From a virus (taxonomy: Duplodnaviria; Caudoviricetes): a stretch of DNA of 46,745 nucleotides. Both the position numbers and the translations under genes were made by a program. The stretch lies in the IMG/VR virus record IMGVR_UViG_3300031716_000017, positions 1-46,745 of that record; one strand, written 5' to 3'. Position 1 is the first letter of the stretch. Each line of letters opens with the position of its first letter. Shown here in pieces: positions 26,549-34,622 of this stretch. The notes below the pieces were generated by a model, which saw only the letters and a list, made by a program, of their open reading frames with translations, did no database searches and was not told where the DNA came from.

Positions 26549-26622
26549 GGGCGCGTTAGTTTAATGGGCAAAACAGCCGGCCGTTAGCCGAATGTTTCAG
26601 GTTCGAACCCTGGACGCGCCCC
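26549..26622 (+). tRNA. Degenerate tRNA-like element (nominal anticodon GTT, Asn)
   Basis: Good acceptor (GGGCGCGT/ACGCGCCC), D-arm GTTT/AAAC, T-arm GGTTCGAACCC; anticodon stem has 2 mismatches, C at position 33, no CCA. Confidence 0.7.
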
Positions 26623-26733
26623 TGGTCCCCTTCGGAAGGGAGACTGAACAAGAGCGGTTATGACTGGGGCCGAAAAAGGGCTGCGTTCACGGGTCCTTCG
26701 GTGAAATGAATCCTCCTCCCCGGTTACTTCCGA

Positions 26734-27033
26734 ATGGGACCGTTTTCTATGACCCCCGGTAAGATTCGCTATTCCCTTGTCCCGGTTGGCGCCCTTCGGG
26801 CCGTGGTCCAGGTTTTGACCCTGGGCGCGGCGAAGCATGGGGACCGCGGGTACGAATCAGGGGATCTTCGGGACGAATACCTGGACGCACTGTTCCGACA
26901 CCTAGAAGACTACCGGGCCGGGGAATGGCTGGATAATGAGTCCACCTGGCCGCATCTTGCCCACGTAGGGGCGAACGCCCTGATTTTGCTGGCCCTGGAA
27001 ATGCGAGTCAGGACCAAGGATCCGAGACTATGA
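26734..27033 (+). CDS. dATP/dGTP diphosphohydrolase-domain protein (DUF5664-like); true start uncertain
   Basis: GKIRYSLVP..AL..V..VL..GA.K, DALFRHL, ES..PHLAHV..NAL.L. Confidence 0.8.
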   Translation: MGPFSMTPGKIRYSLVPVGALRAVVQVLTLGAAKHGDRGYESGDLRDEYLDALFRHLEDYRAGEWLDNESTWPHLAHVGANALILLALEMRVRTKDPRL

Positions 27034-28451
27034 GCGGGAAGAATGCCACGACCCAATTCCGTGACACGTTCGGGACCGAATCCACTTTCGCGGGCGGGAC
27101 GAAGAACCCCAGTGAAATCGGGATCGTGGGCCTGGATCCCAGTCACCCCCTGTATATCAAGGGCTTGGACGTTCCGCTGGACACCTGGAACGAAGACCTG
27201 TGGGACCAGGCGCGGCTGTCCCTGGCCCTGAGCGATCCGATCGACCCGGCCAAATTCCTGATGAACATCGAAGCCGGGGCGCAGATCGATCCCGTACGAA
27301 TCGTCAAGCGACGGGAACTGGTCCTGGCGTTCAACGGCCGCCGCCGCATCCTGGCGGGTCGGGGCGCGAACAAGCTTCTGATCAAGCGAGGGGAACAGAT
27401 CGAAGGGTTGATCGCCCTTCCCGTGATCGCGGACAAGTCCACGGACGTGGAACTGGGGGTCCGCCTGGCGAACGAAGGCGGGCTGATTGAACCGCCCTAT
27501 ATCAAGGCAGCAAATGCGGCCAGGCTTCGGACCAGGGGTAGGTCCGATGAACAGATCCTGGCCGTTTACCCCATCGAACCTAACACCTTGGCGAACTGGT
27601 TTGCCTACGCGGACAATCTGTCCCCTGCGATCAAGGCGCTGATCGAACAGGGGCCGAAGGCCGAACGCTTGCCGTTTGCGATCGGCGTGGAACTGGCCAA
27701 GTGGTCCGGTAAGGGAGAGCACAAGGCCCAGGAAAAGGCCCTGGACTATCTCCGGGCTCAGGGCGCGAAGTTGACCGGCGAACGCGGCCGGGAGAACGCG
27801 AAGAACGTGATCCGGGCGGTCATGGCCGGGACTCTGGACCAGGGCGGACCCAAGGTCACGTCCGACGATGAACCCCCGAGCGTACCGCCGCCCCCGGAGC
27901 AAAACCCTACCAGGGCCCACGACCCCGCCGGGGCGGCCAGGGACGCGGCCACGGCCCCGCCGCCCCCGTCCAGCGGCCCCAAACGATCGAACGGCCCGAA
28001 GGTTACGACCGAAGCGCCGAAGCTGTCCTGGCCGGCGATTCGCCAGGTAACCGCGCACCTGGAACCCAGTGACGCCGATCCACACAAGACCAGCGAAGAT
28101 CGCCTGGCGTCCGCGATCATGTCGGTGATCACTGGCCAAGATCCTACCGCGGACGGCCTGGCCGAATGGCCCCGGGTCCAGTCCAAGTTCCGGAAGGTGG
28201 TCCGCTCGGGGGACGGTGCGCCGGCCGTGGTCACGGCCCGACCCGCAACCCCGCCGGCCGTGAAAGCGGCCAACGTTCCCCAGGACCCGAAGGAGGCGGA
28301 AAAGGACACGATCCGATCGATCCCCTGTCCAAATGTCAAATGTAAGGGTGGACGCGATCAAGCGACCAGGAACCTGTGCAATACCTGTCACGGATACACG
28401 AAAATCAGCCCGGCGAGGGTGCGAGAGATTACCGCCACGAAGAAGAAGTGA
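27030..28451 (+). CDS. ParB/Srx-like protein with HTH, Pro-rich linker and C-terminal zinc ribbon
   Basis: QIDPVRI...NGRRR arginine patch; CPNVKC...CNTC. Confidence 0.6.
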   Translation: MSGKNATTQFRDTFGTESTFAGGTKNPSEIGIVGLDPSHPLYIKGLDVPLDTWNEDLWDQARLSLALSDPIDPAKFLMNIEAGAQIDPVRIVKRRELVLAFNGRRRILAGRGANKLLIKRGEQIEGLIALPVIADKSTDVELGVRLANEGGLIEPPYIKAANAARLRTRGRSDEQILAVYPIEPNTLANWFAYADNLSPAIKALIEQGPKAERLPFAIGVELAKWSGKGEHKAQEKALDYLRAQGAKLTGERGRENAKNVIRAVMAGTLDQGGPKVTSDDEPPSVPPPPEQNPTRAHDPAGAARDAATAPPPPSSGPKRSNGPKVTTEAPKLSWPAIRQVTAHLEPSDADPHKTSEDRLASAIMSVITGQDPTADGLAEWPRVQSKFRKVVRSGDGAPAVVTARPATPPAVKAANVPQDPKEAEKDTIRSIPCPNVKCKGGRDQATRNLCNTCHGYTKISPARVREITATKKK

Positions 28452-28453
28452 CC

Positions 28454-28654
28454 ATGTTCCTCGGACCCATTCAGGAAGCTGACTCTTCGGGACCCGAAAT
28501 CTGCGGATTCTGTTTCGCGGCCCCGGGAGGGACGTGCATGTCCGGGATCGGGGAAGCGTGTTGCTACGATTGCGCACAATCGTGTCCCTGTGGTGAACCC
28601 ATGACTCCCAGTGATTCGAAGTGTGAAATTTGCCGGGATAAGGAGACGAAATGA
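28454..28654 (+). CDS. 66-aa protein with 10 cysteines
   Basis: ICGFC...CCYDC..SCPC...KCEIC; ATGA overlap with next gene. Confidence 0.6.
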   Translation: MFLGPIQEADSSGPEICGFCFAAPGGTCMSGIGEACCYDCAQSCPCGEPMTPSDSKCEICRDKETK

Positions 28655-29316
28655 AAATCACTCACCTCGTGTTCGTGGACGTGGAAACCACGGCCTTGAA
28701 GGGCCCCGCGTCACAGGCGGACGCGATCATCGAAGTGGCCGCCGCCCGCGTGGAGCTGACCAGCCGTCGGATCGAGGACCAGTTCGAAACCTTGATCCGG
28801 CCGTGGGGGGAACAGTCCACGCGCTGGGGTCTGGGCGCTGGGCGGGGCGATATCCCGGACACCTGGAAACTGGGCGACTTTCACACGAAGGCGGGCCACT
28901 TCGACGGCGTGGACTGGTCCACGGCCGTTGACCTGGACGTGGCCCTGGACGTCCTGGCGACCAGATTCCTGATTGATGGCGCTACGATCGCCGGTCAGAA
29001 TCCGGGCTTTGACCTGGACCACCTTCGGCGTGATTTCGTGAATCATCACAGGCCGTGGCCGAAGCTCGATTACCACGTGATCGATCTGGTGACTGGGGCC
29101 ATGTTCCTGGCCATGGCCGGAAAGGTCGAAGGGTGTTCGCTGCGACACGTGATCCCTTGGGCCTATGTTGACCCGGACCGGAAGCAGGCTCACAGGGCTG
29201 GACAGGACGTCAGGGACGAGATTCAGGTCTTCTTCGCCATGGCGGATCAGTTCATGCACGGGATCCGGCCGCAGATTTCGGGCGGTCCCATGATCGGATG
29301 GGGAGAGCCGCTGTGA
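28651..29316 (+). CDS. DEDDh 3'-5' exonuclease (DnaQ-like)
   Basis: VFVDVETT, GQNPGFDL, HRAGQDV. Confidence 0.88.
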   Translation: MKITHLVFVDVETTALKGPASQADAIIEVAAARVELTSRRIEDQFETLIRPWGEQSTRWGLGAGRGDIPDTWKLGDFHTKAGHFDGVDWSTAVDLDVALDVLATRFLIDGATIAGQNPGFDLDHLRRDFVNHHRPWPKLDYHVIDLVTGAMFLAMAGKVEGCSLRHVIPWAYVDPDRKQAHRAGQDVRDEIQVFFAMADQFMHGIRPQISGGPMIGWGEPL

Positions 29317-29564
29317 TCCCGGCCTGGGCCACGTTCGGGCCGTGTTTCTGGGTCCCCCTCGCAAAGTTCTTGCGGAAACCTTTGATCGTTCAATACTGGG
29401 AATGGCCCATGTTCCGGATCGTGGGTGATTCGGGGCTGGTCCCTGGCGAACATTCGACGGTGCGCCGGCCCTGGGATCACAATGTGAACAGCCGCGTTGC
29501 CACCGCTCAAAGGTGGTACGGCTGGGGCTTCGAAGACGTCCCGAAGCGTCGGACCTGGACGTGA
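29313..29564 (+). CDS. Hypothetical Trp-rich protein
   Basis: GTGA overlaps at both ends. Confidence 0.55.
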   Translation: MIPAWATFGPCFWVPLAKFLRKPLIVQYWEWPMFRIVGDSGLVPGEHSTVRRPWDHNVNSRVATAQRWYGWGFEDVPKRRTWT

Positions 29565-29626
29565 TCCGGGGCGCGTTTCTCCTGGCGTTCGTCCTGTCTC
29601 TGTTCCTGATTAGGCGCTGGACATGA
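29561..29626 (+). CDS. 21-aa single-pass membrane micropeptide (not in ORF track)
   Basis: MIRGAFLLAFVLSLFLIRRWT; GTGA overlap upstream, ATGA overlap downstream. Confidence 0.6.
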   Translation: MIRGAFLLAFVLSLFLIRRWT

Positions 29627-29817
29627 CCGGAACCTGCTCTAGGTGCGGCGCGATGCCCGATGATCAATGCCGGGGCGGCTGTCCCAGGACCCAGGCCCAG
29701 TTCCGCGAATGGGCCCTGGGCGTACACGAGGGGAAGACGGGTCAGCCGCTCCGGAAAGAGGATCCGTTCTATATCGTGGGCTGGATTCGGGGCCGGTTAC
29801 AGTGGAAGCAACGATGA
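29623..29817 (+). CDS. Small Cys-containing protein
   Basis: CSRC...CRGGC; coupled at both ends. Confidence 0.6.
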   Translation: MTGTCSRCGAMPDDQCRGGCPRTQAQFREWALGVHEGKTGQPLRKEDPFYIVGWIRGRLQWKQR

Positions 29818-30224
29818 CACCTTTTCAGCGCCTGATCTTGGGGATGGCCGCCGGGCTGGGACCGCTTCCGAGCATTTCGCCGCCCAGGTTCGAACTTCTT
29901 CCGCCGGACCCGATCCCGGAACCGTTGGACTGGAAACTGTCGGATTTCAACATCCGGATTCCGTCGGCCGTGGTGGTCCAGCCCTTCCGGGAACCGGACT
30001 TCTGTGAATGTGGGCCGCCCTGTCCGGGGACCGGAAATCCTAATCGACGGTGCGCCCTTTGCGGGTTGAAATTCCCGCCTTGTCTTCCTGACTGTTCTGA
30101 ACTGGGCGGCCATCTTCGCGCCTGTCCGAACAATAACCGTCCACCGAAGTTCAGGCCACGACCCTGGGCCGAGCGAATCGCCCGACGGAAGCGGCACTGG
30201 GGCAAGGTCAAGGCCAGGCGATGA
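29814..30224 (+). CDS. Pro/Cys-rich protein with Arg-rich C-terminal tail
   Basis: ATGA-coupled start MTPFQRL; ends RPWAERIARRKRHWGKVKARR. Confidence 0.6.
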   Translation: MTPFQRLILGMAAGLGPLPSISPPRFELLPPDPIPEPLDWKLSDFNIRIPSAVVVQPFREPDFCECGPPCPGTGNPNRRCALCGLKFPPCLPDCSELGGHLRACPNNNRPPKFRPRPWAERIARRKRHWGKVKARR

Positions 30225-30394
30225 ACACTTACGACCTGTCACAGGTTCAGGTGCGTTTCGGTGGTCACGAATTGACCTGGCGATCGTGGGACTGGTCCGC
30301 CAAGCGAAAACGAAACAGGCCGAAGCGTCGGCCCCTGGCCGAACGCCTGGAACGCCGCCGGAAGAACTGGGAAAGGGTCAAGGCCAGGCGATGA
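30221..30394 (+). CDS. 57-aa basic protein (not in ORF track)
   Basis: MNTYDLSQVQVRFGGHEL...RPLAERLERRRKNWERVKARR; ATGA overlaps both ends. Confidence 0.65.
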   Translation: MNTYDLSQVQVRFGGHELTWRSWDWSAKRKRNRPKRRPLAERLERRRKNWERVKARR

Positions 30395-31062
30395 ACGCCT
30401 GGGCCGCGCGGTATCTTAGTTTTTACGCGTCCACGGCAATGGCGGCGCAATGCGCTGGATTGGCGTTGCCGATCAATGCGCCCGTGGAACCTTACGTCCT
30501 TCAAGCCCTGGAACGGGGCTGGACTGGACATTGGCTGATCACTGACCGCGGGGACCGCGAAGCCTGGGCCCTGGCCGATCGACACTATACCCGCCAGACA
30601 CCTGGGGCCCGGTCCTTCGTGCGTAATGGTCAAAACTTGGTTTTCGTGACCAGGTGCGGGAAAGCAGCTTGGGTTTCGTTCCGACCGACCCCCGGCAAGG
30701 CCGAACGCTGGGACGATAGGGAAGCGATTGAATGCGCCCTGTTCAGGAACGAATCCACGATCCTTTCCTCGGATCTGATCCGGGAAGCCAGGGCCTTGAC
30801 GGTGGCGATTTGGGGCTGGCCGAAGGACGGGATTATTACCTGGGTAAAGCCTTCGGCGCTCAGGGCCGGGAACGTGAATCCAGGGGCCTGTTACAAGCGA
30901 GACAAGTGGAAGCACACTGAAACGTCTAAAGACGGAAAACCCATGCTGGTTGCCCCCGAAACCTTGGCGCTGGATTGGCGCCTGTGGGAATTCAAGCAAG
31001 GTCGGGGCGGGAAGCTGCGAAAAGAACTGACAGGGTGGGACGGGAAGTCTAAGCGAGTATGA
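30391..31062 (+). CDS. Mom-like / GNAT-fold putative DNA-modification protein
   Basis: LADRHYTRQ.PG, LFRNES..LSS.LIREA, IITWV.P, NPGACYK; Mom relationship is recalled, not searched. Confidence 0.55.
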   Translation: MNAWAARYLSFYASTAMAAQCAGLALPINAPVEPYVLQALERGWTGHWLITDRGDREAWALADRHYTRQTPGARSFVRNGQNLVFVTRCGKAAWVSFRPTPGKAERWDDREAIECALFRNESTILSSDLIREARALTVAIWGWPKDGIITWVKPSALRAGNVNPGACYKRDKWKHTETSKDGKPMLVAPETLALDWRLWEFKQGRGGKLRKELTGWDGKSKRV

Positions 31063-31313
31063 GCGGCGCGCTTACCTGGGAACTGGAACGGGACCTGTAC
31101 CTGGCCAGCCAAGGGGCGTCCGTGGACCAGGACCGTCCCCTGGGCCCAGCCGATATCCCGCGCCTGGAACAAGCCCTGGACCTCATCCGCCAGGCGTGCG
31201 ACCATGCCAAGAACGTGAAGAAGCCGGACCTTTGCTGGAAGTGTGGCGCGGCCATGCGGCCGGGTCTTCGGAAGACGGTCCACGTCAAGGTCCCGATTCG
31301 CAAGCTCGCATGA
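31059..31313 (+). CDS. Hypothetical protein with Cys/His cluster
   Basis: CDH...CWKCG; coupled at both ends. Confidence 0.6.
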   Translation: MSGALTWELERDLYLASQGASVDQDRPLGPADIPRLEQALDLIRQACDHAKNVKKPDLCWKCGAAMRPGLRKTVHVKVPIRKLA

Positions 31314-32866
31314 CTGATCCCAACGTCTGTCACGGATGCGGAAAGCCCCAAAAGGGCGGCGTGGTCACGATCTGTTCTTCGTGCGGAAACTGGGGCCTGT
31401 TCGGGCCCGAGTGTCTGTCCGTGCATAATGAAGGGTCCTGTTCAAAGCATGTAACGAAGTGTGACTGGCTGACCAGACAACCCGCGGGCGGAACGGACGT
31501 TCACCTGGTTCGTGGAACCAAAACGGGGGACCGCGATTACTTCTCGGCCAGTCAGATCGAACACTTCGCCCTTTGCGCCCGGAAATGGGCCTGGCGCTAC
31601 CTGGACGGGATTTCGCTTCCGCCGAACCCTTATGCCGCTTTCGGACTCGACGGCCACGGCCAGATCGAAAAGTATCTAGTCAAGGGCGTCCCCTTTGACC
31701 TGACCACGGATCCGGGCGAAGCGGCTATGGCTGGACTTCATTTCCTGCCACGACCTGGAACCGCTAACATGGTCGTGGAAGGCCAGTTCACGCTTGACGC
31801 CTGGGGACATAAATTCCTAGGCTATAAGGACATTCAAATCAATCGACGGATCGGGGACGACGTTCTTCCGGACCGGGCCCCGATTGTGGAATCGAACCTG
31901 GTTGACCCGTTGCACGGCAAGATCATTCCGCTGGTCATCGATCACAAGTTTACCGGGTCCTTCAAGTGGAAGAAGACGGCCGAGATCCTACGCAATGACC
32001 CCCAGGCCGTCTTATATGCCGCCCATGCGATGGTCGAAACAGGGGCCCCGGCCTGTGATTTACGGTGGATCTATTACAAGAGGGTTCGGCCCTGGAAAGC
32101 TGAACCAGTGGATCTTCGCGTTTACCGGGAAAACCTGGAAGCGCCACTGACGCAAATTCGGGCGCTGGCCGATGAAATGGCCCGCTATAAAAAACAAGGG
32201 GTCAGGGCTCTAGACCTTGCCCCAAATCCAGGCGCGTGCGGGGCCTTCGGGGGCTGTCCTTATGCGCCGAACTGTGGACTCAGCCCCCGGGACCGGATGA
32301 TCGGGATTATGTCGGACCAATCGTTGGAAGCTCGCAAATCTGCATTCCTGGCGAACATCGGGGCCCCGCCCGGCGGCCAGCCGCCCCAGCCTGGGGCCAC
32401 GACCCTGAACCCGTCCCAGGGGTTCCAACCGCCCCCGGTAGCGAACGGTGCGCCCCCGGGCGCCTGGGGTCAGCCGCCGCCCCAGTTCGCGCCCCCGGGA
32501 CCGCCCCAGTTCGCACCGCCGCCCCAGAACGCGGCCCCGGTCGTAGACGAACAGGTTCTGGTCCAGGCACGCGCGCGACATCCGGGCTGGAACCCGGGCG
32601 AACAGTGGTGGAACGGCGGGGCCTTCGTCCAGCCCGGGGATCCGGCGTACCCCCCGATCTTCGCCCAGCCGCCCCAGGGAACGCCGCCGGGCCCGCCCCC
32701 GAACCAGGACCCGCCCCCGAACAGCGCGGCCGAGGAAGGCGGGAAGGGGAAGGGTGGACGGCCGAAGAAGAACCAGGAAGCGATCGAACTGGCCGCTTCG
32801 GGGCTGACGATGATCGGGAACGGGTTCCTGACCGTGGCCCAGGCCCTGGGCAAGGGCCTGATCTGA
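31310..32866 (+). CDS. Cas4/RecB-like PD-(D/E)XK exonuclease with N-terminal Cys cluster and Pro-rich tail
   Basis: SASQI..F..C.RKW, IDHKFT, QAVLYA, CGAFGGCPYAPNC; ATG 31310 coupled. Confidence 0.8.
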   Translation: MTDPNVCHGCGKPQKGGVVTICSSCGNWGLFGPECLSVHNEGSCSKHVTKCDWLTRQPAGGTDVHLVRGTKTGDRDYFSASQIEHFALCARKWAWRYLDGISLPPNPYAAFGLDGHGQIEKYLVKGVPFDLTTDPGEAAMAGLHFLPRPGTANMVVEGQFTLDAWGHKFLGYKDIQINRRIGDDVLPDRAPIVESNLVDPLHGKIIPLVIDHKFTGSFKWKKTAEILRNDPQAVLYAAHAMVETGAPACDLRWIYYKRVRPWKAEPVDLRVYRENLEAPLTQIRALADEMARYKKQGVRALDLAPNPGACGAFGGCPYAPNCGLSPRDRMIGIMSDQSLEARKSAFLANIGAPPGGQPPQPGATTLNPSQGFQPPPVANGAPPGAWGQPPPQFAPPGPPQFAPPPQNAAPVVDEQVLVQARARHPGWNPGEQWWNGGAFVQPGDPAYPPIFAQPPQGTPPGPPPNQDPPPNSAAEEGGKGKGGRPKKNQEAIELAASGLTMIGNGFLTVAQALGKGLI

Positions 32867-32872
32867 TCTTCC

Positions 32873-34606
32873 GTGTTCGTCGAAAGTCCCAGCGTCCGCG
32901 CCGTCCAGCATTCGCGGGAACTGGCTCGTATCCAGCGTCTTCCGCGCCGAACCTGGTCTGAACAGGATTCCGCCGGGTTCGCGGAACAAGTATCAGCCGC
33001 CCTTCGACGTCCGGGCGGGGTGATGACACTTCGGCCGATCCAGGCAATGGCGCTTCTGGACGCTGGGACTTTGGGGGGTCTTATCGGCCCGATCCGAGTA
33101 GGGGGCGGAAAGACTCTCATTTCCCTATTGATCCCCTACGTGATGAAAGCGCGCCGGCCGCTACTTCTGACCCGTGCGAACCTGATCGATAAGACGAAAC
33201 GAGAAATGCGGGAACTGGCCAAACACTGGCCGATCCCTAATTTTATTCGGATCGTCAGTTACGAATTACTGGGTAGAGCCAACCATGCCAAACTCCTGGA
33301 CGACTATCAGCCCGACCTGATCGTTGCGGACGAATGCCACAGGCTCAAAAACTTGAAGGCCGCGGTAACCAGGCGCGTGACCCGATACATGGATCAGGTT
33401 CCAGCAACCAGGTTCGTGGGAATCAGCGGAACGATCATGAAACGATCGATCCGCGATTATGCCCATTTAATGATCTGGGCCCTGAAACCGATCAACGCCC
33501 CCGTACCGTGTTCGTTTTCCGAAGTGGAAGACATCGGGGACGCGATCGACGAAAAGCCGAACAAGGGTGAACGTCAGGTCTTGCCGGGGGCCCTGTTAAC
33601 CTTGTTCTGTACCCCGGAAGAACGTCTGGAAAAGGACCAGGTGGCCGCCGCCCGGAAAGGGTTCGGACGCCGCCTGATCGAAACTCCTGGAATCGTAGCC
33701 ACGTCCGGGGAACACGACATTGGGGCCAGTTGCACGATCCAGGCCCTGGAATGTGCCGTCAGCCCAAAGGTGGACGAAGCGTTCAGGATTCTTCGGGACA
33801 CTTGGACGACCCCCGACGGCTGGCCGATCTCGGACCCGATGACCCTGTGGCGTCATGCTCGGGAACTGGCCATGGGGTTTTATTACCGCTGGGACCCCAG
33901 GCCGCCCGATTGGTGGATTCAGCCGCGCAAGGAATGGGCGCAGATGTGTCGCTACATCCTGGGGAATAACCGCCGTGCCCTGGATTCGGAACTTCAAGTG
34001 ATCAACGCGGTAGACTCGGGATTCTACCCAGAAGCGAAACCGATCCTGGAAGCTTGGCGGAAGGTCAAAACCCTGTTCACGCCGAACACGGTTCCGGTCT
34101 GGATCGATGACAGCGTGATCGACACGGCCGCCCGCTGGGCCATGGCCGCACCAGGAATCGTATGGTGCGAGCATGTAGCCTTCGGAGAAAGGCTTGCCTG
34201 GAAAACCAATCTAGTATATTACGGTAGGAAGGGCCTGGACGGACGGGGCCGACCCATCGAAGGCCACGACCCGGCCACAAGCCTGATCGCATCCGTGAGA
34301 TCCAGCGGGGAAGGGCGGAACCTTCAAGCCTGGAACCGGAACCTGGTTACTTCGTGTTTCACGTCAGGAACCGAAGCTGAACAGCTAATCGGCCGGACGT
34401 TCAGACCAGGCCAGCCGGCGGACGAAGTTACGGTGGACGTCATTGTGACCGCGATTGAACACATTCTGGCGTTTGAACAGGCAAAGAAAGACGCCAGGGC
34501 CCAGGAAGAAAAGCTAAACCAGGCTCAAATCCTGAACTTCGCGGATATCGTGTTTCCGGGGCTAGAAGAAATCATGTCCAGATCAGGCCCCCGCTGGACG
34601 AAGTGA
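32873..34606 (+). CDS. Superfamily 2 (SNF2-like) DNA helicase
   Basis: LRPIQ, VGGGKT, DECH, SGT, EGRNLQ, EQLIGRTFRPGQ. Confidence 0.88.
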   Translation: MFVESPSVRAVQHSRELARIQRLPRRTWSEQDSAGFAEQVSAALRRPGGVMTLRPIQAMALLDAGTLGGLIGPIRVGGGKTLISLLIPYVMKARRPLLLTRANLIDKTKREMRELAKHWPIPNFIRIVSYELLGRANHAKLLDDYQPDLIVADECHRLKNLKAAVTRRVTRYMDQVPATRFVGISGTIMKRSIRDYAHLMIWALKPINAPVPCSFSEVEDIGDAIDEKPNKGERQVLPGALLTLFCTPEERLEKDQVAAARKGFGRRLIETPGIVATSGEHDIGASCTIQALECAVSPKVDEAFRILRDTWTTPDGWPISDPMTLWRHARELAMGFYYRWDPRPPDWWIQPRKEWAQMCRYILGNNRRALDSELQVINAVDSGFYPEAKPILEAWRKVKTLFTPNTVPVWIDDSVIDTAARWAMAAPGIVWCEHVAFGERLAWKTNLVYYGRKGLDGRGRPIEGHDPATSLIASVRSSGEGRNLQAWNRNLVTSCFTSGTEAEQLIGRTFRPGQPADEVTVDVIVTAIEHILAFEQAKKDARAQEEKLNQAQILNFADIVFPGLEEIMSRSGPRWTK

Positions 34607-34622
34607 AGGGAGAGTTTCGCCT

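Noticed and set aside
26734-27033. 2-aminoadenine (Z) genome or 7-deazaguanine pathway
   Set aside because: No PurZ, DatZ, QueC/D/E, FolE or DpdA-like ORF recognised; the hydrolase alone is insufficient
31310-32866. Cas4-like nuclease as part of a CRISPR system
   Set aside because: No repeat-spacer array or other cas genes; stand-alone Cas4-like exonucleases are common in phage replication modules
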